A stretch of DNA of 64,000 nt, from positions 11,421,398 through 11,485,397 of the forward strand of contig CM082588.2 of the NCBI GenBank assembly GCA_040954595.2, given 5' to 3'. Shown in pieces: positions 52,405 to 64,000 of this stretch. Under the pieces are notes generated by a model, which was not told the DNA's origin, did not search any database, and worked only from the letters and a program-made list of their open reading frames with translations. The stretch comes from Balanoglossus misakiensis. Taxonomy: Eukaryota > Animalia > Hemichordata. The position numbers and the translations under genes were made by a program. How positions within the stretch are numbered: the first letter of the stretch is position 1; each line of letters opens with the position of its first letter.

Positions 52405-55400
52405 TCACACTGATGAGGACTGCCGTCTCGACACAGTTTCCTGTGCTATCGTTGCCGTTGGTGGTGGAGGTAGGGACGCCAGGTGAGCAGAAATCCTCCT
52501 TGGATCTGTTGCCTCCATAGGTTTTCTTTTCTGCATTCCTTCACGGTCTTGTAAACGCCTTTCAAGGATAATTCTCTTGATGTCTGTGATGTGTGGGTAG
52601 GTTTTTTTCTCTTTCTCTTGGAAGACACTCCATCTGTTGCTTTTTTTGTTGAAGCGCCTATGAAGCCTGCATCAAGTATAATGATATGATGTAATTCATT
52701 CAAATCTACTTGGAAATGTGTCAATACCTAGATTTTAAGTGTTAAAATATCTGAACTACTAATTTTTCAATTTGAAGAAAAGAAAGCTATGGTCGTTAAT
52801 ATATTTGAGCACATAATGCTACTAAAGCTGTGAAAAAAATGGCCAATATAATGACTATACGTGACCCCAAATCAAGTTATTGTGTGTTAAACTAATTAGT
52901 TCAATTTCAACAGCAAGTGCAAAGGACATGTTAATTTTGGCTGATAAGTAGGTACAACACCAATTCACTACTCATAATAAAAAATACATCAGTAGGAAGA
53001 ACTTACACAACTTCACCATTCTTTTTCCTCTTGACTGGCCTGTCATTGTGAACATTGTGGTCTATGGCAGCCAGCCTATTCCTCGCTCTGTACACGGGTG
53101 GTGTGTACGCATATCTCTTCCCTGCATACATTAAAATATGCTGTTGGAATGTCTCTAGTTCTGCAGTACTCCTGAAAAACATGATGCATGGTAAGAGTTA
53201 AATTAAACATTCACATACATGCATAGTTTGTTGGCAAAACTGGTGACCACCAGGAAAGTATAAATAAAATGGATACAATAATAGTCATGTAAACTGGATG
53301 TGACTCATGTTGATATTAGTCAAATCATACCTGGGAAACACTACCATACATACACCAAATACCAAACTGGATATCATGTACCATGATTTTATAAGAAAGA
53401 CATAAAATTAATTCAACTCCTTACCTAAAGTTAATCAAGTAATCCACTTTACTGAGGAATTGCTTGTTAAAAAAAATTCTGACCAGGGCATTTGGCAGTA
53501 GGCAAGTGCCCACGAATGCTCGTTCACCACATGGTGAACAACACCACACCAAAGTCCCTGTAAATAACATGAGAACCGCTTGTTACTGGTATTTTGTTGC
53601 AAACTAAGATATGCTGGGATACAGATCTGATAATCTGCAGTTCCATGTGTTCTCACTAAGCAGGTCAATAGATTTTCATGTGATTAGGAAAAGAAAAAAA
53701 CAATTTACTTTTCAGTGCGATAATTCAATGTCAACCAACATTTCTCGCAACTTCACTTGTAGTATATTTTAACAAAACATTGTATTATACCATCATCGAT
53801 TGACTTGTGAGATTCACAGCTGCAGCCTTGTGAAAATTTAGATGATGAACCGCTTGTTACTGGTATTTTGTTGCAAACTAAGATATGCTGGGATACAGAT
53901 CTGATAATCTGCAGTTCCATGTGTTCTCACTAAGCAGGTCAATAGATTTTCATGTGATTAGGAAAAGAAAAAAACAATTTACTTTTCAGTGCGATAATTC
54001 AATGTCAACCAACATTTCTCGCAACTTCACTTGTAGTATATTTTAACAAAACATTGTATTATACCATCATCGATTGACTTGTGAGATTCACAGCTGCAGC
54101 CTTGTGAAAATTTAGATGAGATTGATGTACAGTAGACAGAATTAATGCATGAGTGATAAGTAGCCCTTGTCTTCAAAAAACATCAAAGGCATACAAGTCT
54201 CTCCAATGTCTCTTCCTGGAAAGCCATTTATACAGCAAACAACAAATTATTACGTACCTTAAACTCATCACATGTAGTAGCCTTGCCACAACAGTACCAA
54301 AAATGGTTCACAATATGTCGGCTCCACTGTAGAAGAGCTTTACACTCCTTCTCCTGACCAGCCTGAATAAGGGGAAAACATGGAGCTTCATAGCAACTAA
54401 ACAGGCCTTTCCTTGAGTCTTACGGTTTGATGGCATACATAGAGAGATTTATTCTAAAGCAATGTCATATAGAAAACAGAGCTATTTGGTTATCACAAAT
54501 GGGAATTGTTGTATGATAGAGTTCCTGTCTGTCTATTTAAAAAAAATAAGTGACCAAGTCACCGTCAGAATTCCTGCATATCAAAATGAAAATTTAATTG
54601 ACTCACCTTGATTATTTTTTTCCCAAGATTTTTGGCAGCATGCCACACATCAAGTGAATGCTTGATATTGCCATATCGGTTTCCTATAAAATTGTGACAA
54701 AAACAAGGGTTTATGTGATGTGACAAAACAGGCATGCACTTTTTCTATGCACATGGAATAACATTAGTTTTAAAACATATTTGATTGAAAAAATGACACT
54801 AATTTTTGAGTAGTCAGGATAAAAACTGCATTAAAGTTGTATTTAGCTGAGCTTCAAACTTACTCATCAAAGCTAAAATCTGGGAATGAGAATCCGTCGT
54901 CACTTCAATGACTTTTGCCTCTTGGGCCAATAGATGGTCCAACGTCTTTTGAAATGCTGCTTTCTCCATCACTGTAGACTTTCTTTCCGTCTGCCTTTTG
55001 TCCAATGTTATGATGTCGAGAATGTCTTTTGACTCATACTCCATGAACGTATATGAGCAATACTGGGCGCAAAACCCTGGGGAATCCATCCTCCCATCAC
55101 CTTTCAAAATAAAAGGAAACATATGTTTGAGTATTATCGGTATAGTTTTCAACAATACTTAGTATAGGACATTTTTTGTAAACTGATTACTATTTGGCAC
55201 TAAGAAAATTCATTATGAATATACAGAAAGACATGTAGCTGCACCTACTTTGGGGTTACATGGTTTATAATATCAAGTCTCTATTATAATAAGGGAGACT
55301 GCTTACAGTTGAGATAATTATGTCTTTACATAGGTGTCATAAACATTCACATTTCAGGACTGTGATTAACAATTTCAAAACAAACTTATGAAAAACTCTA

Positions 55401-58400
55401 ATATACAAGGATACAGCAATTGAAATTTGGAACTCTCTAACATGTTTAGGTGCAATGATTTCTTCTTACCCATTATCACAAGTTCTTTGTCGGCATGTTT
55501 CCTTACAATTTCCTGCTGATGAGTCTCCCAATATTGATCAACACTTGGCACCAGGTAATGTCTCTGTATCTTCAAATACGTACTGGAACTGACTATGTTC
55601 AGATTCAACATGCTGGCAAACAATGCTATTTTAGTGTAGTTGTTGCCTGACGTGAGAATAGCAGCTGACGTCAATAAATCGCCACTATGAAGCCTTCTGT
55701 TAAGGAGAGGTTGAGAGCACCACTTGTAAGCCAGGTGGCCAGATGGGCAAACCTAAAAAAATATACATCAAACATCATATAAATATGACTTCCTTTCTAC
55801 AACTTTGCACAGTTTAACACTAAGGGATGCACAAAAGCTGGCTGTTAATATTCAGTTCTTTTCTTTTTCAAATTTGTGAGTTTAGAACATAAGGCATGTA
55901 TGAAACAATATCACTTATCAACATTTTCTAAAAAATACACGTACCCATGACAAATACAGAGCTGACCCAACAGACTGAGATGAAATTGTCAGACTTTCGT
56001 TGCAATTTCCTTCACGGCACGTTGACTGTTTCACTGTTTTAGCCAACAAGAGAAGCTGCTGCAGTGATATTAGATAAAACTTCTCCTGAAGGAGGCTGTC
56101 AACATCTGTGCCCATTTGCACCCTCACAATACCAGGAGATATTTCATCTTGTTCATGGGTCTCTTCAGTGTTCTCCTGGTCCTGGTCATCATCACTGTCA
56201 TCCTCATTCTCCGAGTTTTCGGATGCCAGATCCTCTAGGTCCACTCCCCGGGGTCTGTAAAATGAAATTTCAATTAAAGTCAAAGGAAAAGAAATGGGGG
56301 GAAATGGGAAGGTAGGCCAGAAATTTAAAAATGAAACTTCTAAAAATGAAAATACTCACTGAATGGTTAAATTTATACTGGGTTCATAGTCTGGGTCGTC
56401 ATCGTCTTCATCAGAACCTTGGTAATGATCTTGATTCAAATCTCCTGTTATATCTATAGTCACACTGTAGAGTATGATAAGATATGCATGGATGAAAATA
56501 TAAATGGGAAATCAAACAAAATAGATTTAACCCAAAAGTTTAAAGCTCCACTAACAATTAATTCTAGGTATTTGTTCAACTTTATAGTACTAATCACTTT
56601 GACATTAGTATTAGTTAGCTCTGTAACTCTGGCAACTTCACAACTTCTCTTCACTCAAAAAATAATGTTTTTATTACAGTTTTGACTAATCTTAAAATGA
56701 CATGAATCACCAACAATACATAATTTTTTTTACATTTGTTGTGGATATAATCTAGCATGTTCCATGTACAAATATGCCCAACATACACTTACTCAAATGG
56801 ATCTACAAATGATTCAGTCATTGTGCTCTTTCTTCTTCTGGTTTTATCACTGTAAAATAAATCATTAAAACATTATTGTTATTGTCAAAATTTCTGTCAT
56901 AACAAACTTAAAATTCAGATGTCCTGATAAAAACTGCTTCTCATTTTGACCACATGGTACAGAAATTTGTTACATACCTTGTCTTATCTTGTGTCTTGGT
57001 TGAGCCAGACAATGCAGGGAGTTCTTCTATTCCTGACATTTGACTCGTTTCCCTGAAACATTCAAACAAGTTTTAGAAATTGGCACAAATTGTTGTTCAC
57101 ATATTTTGAAACTTGAAAGTAGTATTATAATACCCATGTTGACTTGTAGAAAAGTTTGTTATAGTGTTATACTAGCAGACTATAAGGCACAGTATACTCA
57201 GTCCAAAAGCAAAAGCTATTACCACTACTAGGTCTATGACCATTAAATTGCCAGATTGTCTTGTTATGGACCATAGGTCAAAAAGAACATAAAATGCAAT
57301 GATTGTAAATAGCAAATGCCTAGGTAGAGCCCTGAGTAAATGAATAAAAAATCTTACCCATGATCACTGGACACAATTGATGACATCTCTGACATCTCAG
57401 ACATTCTTGCAATATGTTGTTGGCCTGCAGTGGGTGTTGAACTTCGAGGATGTTTGGAGGGTCGTTTCCTTTAAAAATACATGTACCCATAAATTATGAA
57501 GTTGTACAAACACCAATTTAGATAATATTGTTATTCAATCCTGATTTTTCTCTAGTGTCTAAAAGATGAACAGATTTACTTGACTCAAATGTTTGTGTTT
57601 GAGATCAAGAGAGCTGCACTTGGTTTATTTGTGAAGTACAATGTAAATGGATTGTCCCTTTGTTTGCAGGATTGAACCCTGTTTTACATGCATGAACCCA
57701 TGTTGAACACAAACCTGAACTTCTTACACACCTGATAACAAGTTAACCGACAATGGTATGGGCGATTTATACAAAACAGGTTAAAAATATTACTTACCCA
57801 TGACCAGATGAAACTGAAGATGAGCACGAAATGTCTTGCTGCAATGGCTCAACGCCAACCGTCACATGTGACGAAGCTTGACCACTCGTGCTTGGAACAG
57901 GCTGAAATGTAGTACCTTGGTCTGGGGAGTCCGGTGACTGTTCATTTCGGTTTTTATTGTAACTGTGACAAGATCAGAAATCGAAATATTTTGATCAGAT
58001 GTTTAACAAATCTTACGGATTTGAAACCGGCGGACAAAAGAACACGATGGACGAAGATTTAGATGAAGAGTTAAAATGACGATTTACACTTTACACAGTG
58101 TGTAAACATTGACATGCCAACAAAAACTACAAAGGGTTGTTCACTACGTTGACAGTGACGCACCGAACATAGGCGATGTTGTCGTGATTTTGATTCGAGT
58201 TTTGGTATTTCCGAACATTTGGATGGTCAAAAAATGTCATTTCAAAGGCCAAAATATGACGATCGTTGGATATAGTACATGTACATGTACGTGTATTGCT
58301 GATTTGTCCAAGGCATCACCGCAGTTCAAAAGCCCGTCCTACTTACCAATCAATCAGCTCCTCGGCCAAATCGGGGTTTGAAAGCCCTGTTTCGTCGATT

Positions 58401-58543
58401 AATTCAATCCATCTATCCATCTGTCGTCCGATATACACCATGGACCGACGTTTTGTCAAATTGTTTTGTTGCTGTCTCCTCTTCTTCGCCGAGTCTGTCA
58501 CAGCCGGCCGGCCTGGCCGACGTTTAGCTGTGCGGGACGCCAT
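52405..58543 (-). pseudogene. Kolobok DDE transposase, 14 exons, roughly 760 aa, one frameshift
   Basis: Phase-compatible GT-AG exons (approx.) 58543-58347, 57962-57798, 57470-57358, 57052-56978, 56849-56793, 56465-56360, 56255-55945, 55752-55470, 55100-54864, 54683-54607, 54362-54258, 53557-53425, 53171-53007, 52666-52405; motifs DGRMDSPG, VTTDSH, LDVWH, NHFWYC, TAELETFQ..ILMYAGKR, AAIDHN. Exon 12 shifts frame. Confidence 0.85.
53573..54119. repeat. Near-perfect 274-bp tandem duplication in a transposase intron
   Basis: GAACCGCTTGTTACTGG starts at 53573 and 53847; the copies read identical by eye. Confidence 0.92.
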
Positions 58544-61500
58544 GTTCTCGTGAAGAATTTACTGCGCATGCGCGAGACTCGCGTTTTCTGTGTAATCTGT
58601 GTACTCCTGCCCTGGACGCCGCCATAATCGCTTGCCGCAACGTTTTATTATATGTCTTGCTCGTAGTTACGCGTGCGATTTTTGTCGCTGGTCAGATATA
58701 TGTGTTTATGTACGCTTCAATAAGTATATCTACATGAGCAATCTTTCATTTGAATGTAAAATAATGAAAATAATGCCCACAGTTACAGCTTAGGTGCCTT
58801 TAAGCTATGACGCTATGTCCACGTCGGCTGTGCAATGGTCCTGTACAGTGACTCTCTATTGGCCCGTGAGCAGAATGGGACCACAATAAAAGACCAAATT
58901 TTGGGCTCACCTGTAACACCTGCTTAACTCATTAATTATGTGCATACCTAATTCCAGGCTAACTAAAACGGCTAGAGGTTTTGTTCTTGTGGGACATGGA
59001 CCAGTATGGGATCAAAATTTTTTGCCCAAATTTTGGGTGACCTCAGGTGACCTTTGACCTACTTTCCTATATCTCGGCATCCACAGCAGGTACAGACTTG
59101 GCGTTTGGAGGGTTGTGACTAAAATTGAAAAGACAAAATTAGGGTTCACCTGTGACACCTGCTTATCTCATTAATTATGTGCATACCTAATTCCAGGGTA
59201 GCCAATAGGGCTAGAGGTTTGATTTTTGTTGAACATGGACCAGTATGGGGTTAAAATTTCTTGCCCAATTTTGGATGACCTCAAGTGACCTTTGACCTAC
59301 TTTACCATATCTCGGCAACCAGCGCAGATACAGCCTTGGCATTTGGAGGCATGGAACTCCTAATGAAGCCTGAAACGTTACCTCATTAATTATGTGCATA
59401 TCTAATTCTAGGCGAACCAATAGGGTTAGAGGCCTGATTTTTGTTGGACCTGGACTGGTATGGGGTCAAAAATATTTTCTAAACTTTCGGATGGCCTCAG
59501 GTGACCTTTAACCTACTTTCCTATATCTCGGCATCCAGGACAGGTACAGCATTTGTGTTTGGATGGATCGAACTATTGATAGAGTCTTACACTTTACATC
59601 ATTAATTATGCGCATATCTAATTTCAGACAAACCAATAGGGCTAGAGGTCTGGTTTCTGTTGGACCTGGACTAGTATGGGGGTCAAAACTTTTTGCCCAA
59701 ATTTTGGGTGACCACATATGACCTTTGACCTTCGGCTTAAGCTTGTGCCCGTCATCGCTGCTTGCAGCTATATTCTTCTACTTCTTTTTCTTCTTCTGTC
59801 GTTTTCTTTAGCGAGGTAGATCTGGAAAACTGCTAAACCTACCAATTTCAAACTTGGCACAATGGTGCAGGCCAATGAGAGCTAGTGCAGTACCCTTGTG
59901 AATGTTTAATAAGTCATGTGACCTGATGACCATATATGGGCAAAATTTTCAAATCGACCTAATTTGCATATGAATGGAGATATCAAAATTCTGTTCAGAT
60001 TTTGAGAATTTTGAGAAGAAGATTTTTAAGTATTATTTTTCATATTTTTCGCCCAAGCCATGTGCCTATACTTTACATAGTAAAGCTATGACAACATATT
60101 ATTTTGGATAAATATGCATACATATCTCAAAATCTGTTAGGCCGATCATCTCCAACTTTGGTGTGCAGCTAGCCTAGCATTTGTCAATAATTTTAAGCGG
60201 AAAAAAATAATATGAAAAATCGACCGATTTTTTTATATCAATTTTTTTATTAAATTTATACCTTTACTTATACCTCTATGGTTAAGCTATGTCCATGTCT
60301 TATTGTGGAATTCTGGTCTGTGCAATAGTCTTGTACAGTGACTATCTATTGGTCAGTGAGCACAATGGCACCAAAATAGAAGGCAAAATTTTAGGCTCAC
60401 CTGTAACACCTGCTTAACTCATTAATTATGTGCAAACCTAATTCCAGGCTAACCAATAGGGCTATAGGTTTGGTTTTTGTTGAACATGGACCAGTATAGG
60501 GTCAAAATTTCTTGCCCAAATTTTGTATGACCTCAGGTGACCTTTGACCTACTTTACCATATCTTGGCATCCAGAGCAGGTACAGACTTGGCGTTTGGAG
60601 GGTTGCGACTAAAATTGAAAAGGCAACACTGGGGGTCACCTGTGACACCTGCCTAACTCATTAATTATGTGCATACCTAATTCCAGGCTAACCAATAGGG
60701 TTATAAGTTTGGTTTTTGTTGAACATGGACCAGTATAGGGTCAAAATTTCTTGCCCAAATTCTGCATGAACTCAGGTGACCTTTGACCTACTTTACCATA
60801 TCTTGGCATCCAGAGCAGATATGCTTATTGCTATGTTGCTATGTGCTATGTTGGCTTGGGCCCGCTATTGCTGCTTGCAGCTATATTGTTGTAATTGTGA
60901 TGAGTTGGGTTTGCGAATGACCCATCTTCCCTCATTCGTTCAAGCAGTGCATGCTTCGTGGATTAACAGATTAATGTCCAATCAATATTCTCAGTGGATA
61001 GAAATGTTTAAACTGTGGGTATATCCCCTGCTATCTTACCCACTTCACCCCCGCTCAGGTCGTGGAGTTTGCCAGAAAGAGATTTTCACGTCATAGCTTC
61101 TGGTACCTAGTACTACTATGTTGGTCAAAAACTATACCCCCCCCCCCGACCCTATTAATAACATAAAAAAGTGTATATGGTTCAACCAGAGCTGAAAGTT
61201 AACAACGCTACCATATTTTATAAAAACTGGTATGATAATGTTGTAATGTATATTTCGGATTTATTAGATTTTTCCGGTTCCATTTTATCTTTCCAAGATT
61301 TTAGTAACAGACATAATTTTTCACCAAACTTCATATGGGTTTAATCAACGCTTTTCCAAGATCACGGTTCAGAAAGATTCAGCAACAAGGCTCTGTAAAT
61401 AATGCCCACCCAAACATGTATTACACAAATAGATCCTGAAAAAAACCTACTCTATTTTACTTATTTTTGAAGAATAATCTTAAACCGATGAGATGTACGC

Positions 61501-63317
61501 AAAAATGGAAAGACCTCTTCGGGAATTTTGATTCGCAATTACACTATGCTTTACCATTTATTGTAACAAAGGATTCTACTTTGCGTAATTTTCAATTCAG
61601 AATTGCTTGTAGAATCTGTACTACAAATACATTTTTAAAGATAAGGGGGAAAATGCGATTCTGTGAAATGCACCTTCTGTGAAAATTATGAGGAAATCCT
61701 TATACATTTATTTTTCGAATGCGACTGTATTTTGTCTTTTTGGAAGGATGTAGAGTTGCAATTACAGACAAAGTGTAATATTGCCATTGAGCTGTCCCTT
61801 TTGATGTTTTGGTGGGTATAAAATAGAATTTTCAAAGTAACCACACAAACGATGAGTGGTTAGCCCTGAATTACTTTATATTACTTTCAAAGACTTTTAT
61901 ATTTAAATATAAATTTAAGCCAGTATTGCCAAACCTTCGCACATTTTTATCCTACCTCAATAATATACAAAAAATTGATACTTACCAAGCAAAGGCAATG
62001 GAGAATCACACACACTACAGGTACTGGAATATTTTCAAAAAATTCTGTACTTGAACATTTTGTTTTCTTTTGAGATGTAGAGATGTTTTGTCTAGTTTAT
62101 GACAATAAAAAAAATAATCCAAACCTAAAAAGTTGTCAAAAATTTGCTTCGCAAAAAAAAAAAATCACAATAGTTGCTTTGTCTTTGGGTTGAATATTTT
62201 CAAAATTGCCGAAGAAAATAATTTAAAAATCATATAATTAAATAATCAAAAATTAATTTTACTCCTATTTGCACTTCCCGTAAAGAGCAGTGTCTAAGCT
62301 TTCTAAAATAATAAGGTTTATGTACTTTGAAGCTAGCTTTATTTTTGTAGGAGAGGATATAGTACCCCCTACCCGAAGACCATGCGTAATCCCATAGGAT
62401 ACATGCATTTCAAAGTTGTCTCTAAAGAAGTATTGTATTGTTATATAACTAATGTTAACATTTGTTTTCTTGTTTAATAAATAGAAGTCAATAATCCAAA
62501 CCCCCAAAAGATGTCAAAAATTTGCTTCACAAAAAGAAAATCACAATTGTTGCGTTGTCTTTGGGGTGAATATTTTCAAAATTGCCGAAAAAATTAATTT
62601 AAAAATCTTATAATTAAATATTCATAATTTTTTTATAATTAAGTTTGTGCTTCCCGTAAAGAGCAGTGTCTAAGCTTTCTAAAAATATAAGGTTTATGTA
62701 ATTTTTTGCTAGTTTTATTTTTTTAGGAGAGGATATAGTACCCCCTACGCCAAGACCATGCGTAATCCCATAGGATACATGCATTTCAAAGTTGTCTCTA
62801 AAGAAGTATTGTATTGTTAAATAACTAATGTTAACATTTGTTTTCTTGTTTAATATATAGAATTAAATAATCCAAACCTAAAAAGTAGTCAAAAATTTGC
62901 TTCACAAAAATAAAATCACAATTGTAACATTGTCTTTTGAGTGAAAACTTTCAAAATTGCCGAAAAAATTAATTTAAAAATCATCTAATTAAATATTCAT
63001 AAATATTGTTTAATAAAGTTTGTGCTTCCCGTAAAGAGCAGTATCTAAGCTTTCTAAAAAATATAAGGTTTATGTAATTTCATGGTAGTTTTATTTTTTT
63101 AGGAGAGAATATAGTACCCCCTACCCCAACTCATTTTTCGCCATTTTGAGCGGCACATACCATTCAAAAACCACCCCGGAGGGGTAGTGCAACCCAAAAT
63201 ATTCAATGTTAACATTTTTTTTCTTGTTCAGCACGTTCTATAGAACAAAAAAATACCCAAGTGGTAGGTTTATGGGGGGGTGGTGGTGCTCGGTGGACCC
63301 CTCCAGCCCACGGACTA

Positions 63318-64000
63318 TCTGCATTTTTGGAGTGGTCGAAAGTTTTAACATACAATCAACATGTCATATATGATCAGGGCACCAAATTCGAAGAACAAAG
63401 ATTTTTTTAGTTTTTTTTTTCTAAAAATGACATTTTCAAGGAAAATTTGGTAAAACGCAATTTTGTCTGCAGTGAGGCAAATTAGACGGTCTTTTGTGGA
63501 ATTTGTATCGATATATATATACGAAGAGCATTCTATACTCCATCAGATTTCCGAAAATGTAGAAAACAGGTATTTTTTGTAATTTTCAAAAATTTACAAT
63601 TTCGACCAAATTGTTATTTTCGTGTTGAATGCCGCCAGTGTCACTGCTTTTAAAAGTCATAAAAACTTTTAATATGCAAGCAATTGCTTATATATGATCA
63701 GGTCACCGAATTAAAAAATAAAGAATGTTTTGACTAAAAATCAGCTCATTGAGAGTGCATTTTTTATAATCAGCACCATTTTTACATATAATGGAAATTT
63801 TCTACATCATCAGATATCCAAATATGAAAAAATGAATTAGATTTTAGATGATTGTCCAAAATTAGCTGATATCTAATAAATGTAGTATTGAACCGTTCCG
63901 TTCCCCCCCCCCCCCCTTACATTATATGCGTTACGCCGATGTCAGCTTACCCGGCAGTACTGCAGGCCGTGCCCCCAACTAACGTCGGTGTTTGAAACGT
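63318..64000. repeat. Continuation of the 2-kb macrosatellite
   Basis: Resumes at TCTGCATTTTTGGAG, exactly where the monomer was cut at 38312; poly-C at ~63903. Confidence 0.96.

Larger units (their letters stand above)
49337..58799. mobile_element. Kolobok-superfamily DNA transposon (9463 bp)
   Basis: TIRs AGGCGCCTAAGCTGCAAC / GTTACAGCTTAGGTGCCT (16/18 match), TTAA on both sides (49333-49336, 58800-58803), empty paralogous sites CTATAGTTAAGCTATGAC at ~42261, 44051, 45777, 47554; convergent DDE transposase and KolX-like genes. Confidence 0.9.
41794..60886 (+). mobile_element. Tandem/nested array of six non-autonomous Helentron-type elements
   Basis: Units ~41796-43490, 43491-45281, 45282-47210, 47211-48985, 48986-59770 (holds the Kolobok), 59771-60886; 5' hairpins AGGGC[C/A]CAAGC..GCTTG[G/T]GCCCT, 3' GCTTG[G/T]GCCC plus GCTGCTTGCAGC hairpin, internal ~200-240-bp tandem units; removal restores LINE peptide KPDKVNRLRL-CCNCDELGLRM. 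Confidence 0.8.
39648..62116 (+). mobile_element. Degenerate 5'-truncated Tx1/L1-clade LINE, split by the Helentron-type array (parts 39648-41793 and 60887-62116)
   Basis: APE remnants VGDWN and SDHS; RT motifs NNKSPGTDGF, NWRRITLLN, LDFEMAFD, RGVRQDDPLSPYLF, QYADD (~41319); C-terminal CTFC..E...HLFFEC zinc knuckle (~61670-61725); A-rich tail; many stops and frameshifts. Confidence 0.88.
38313..63317. mobile_element. Non-autonomous foldback DNA transposon with long TIRs (Academ-like), inflated to 25 kb by nested insertions
   Basis: Ends TAGTCCGTGGGC...GCCCACGGACTA; arms 38313-~39646 and ~62117-63317 are reverse complements built of ~377-bp units; empty satellite site AATATC-TCT-GCATT shows a 3-bp TCT TSD (38310-38312, 63318-63320). 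Superfamily inferred only from TAG..CTA ends, TSD length and long TIRs. Confidence 0.8.

Noticed and set aside
49337-58799. piggyBac assignment based on the TTAA TSD
   Set aside because: Ends are AG..CT rather than CC..GG, and the transposase motifs plus KolX-like partner fit Kolobok.

Overview
Eukaryotic, repeat-saturated (heterochromatin-like) window with spliceosomal introns and no recognisable host gene; a marine-invertebrate origin is plausible but cannot be proven from sequence. The backbone is a tandem ~2.05-kb macrosatellite (AT-rich half, poly-C, a ~200-bp unique core and up to eleven 81-bp subrepeats) spanning 902-38312 and resuming at 63318. It is interrupted by (i) a degenerate BEL/Pao LTR retrotransposon lacking its 3' LTR (13556-20554), (ii) a 5'-truncated CR1/L2-group LINE with a (GATT)n tail (32025-37189) that itself carries a non-autonomous Helentron-type element, and (iii) a 25-kb nested stack: a foldback element with ~1.2-kb inverted arms, TAG...CTA ends and a TCT TSD (Academ-like, 38313-63317) containing a Tx1/L1 LINE, which contains a 19-kb array of non-autonomous Helentron-type elements, which contains a 9.46-kb Kolobok DNA transposon (18-bp TIRs, TTAA TSD). 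The Kolobok encodes a 14-exon DDE transposase (one frameshift) and a convergent, intact 4-exon KolX/P2X7-ballast-like gene. Positions 1 to ~1640 re-occur at 62033-64000 with the same junctions and shared private variants, indicating a ~62-kb higher-order duplication. Nearly all short ORFs in the track are artefacts of the repeats. All alignments, splicing and counts were done by eye.
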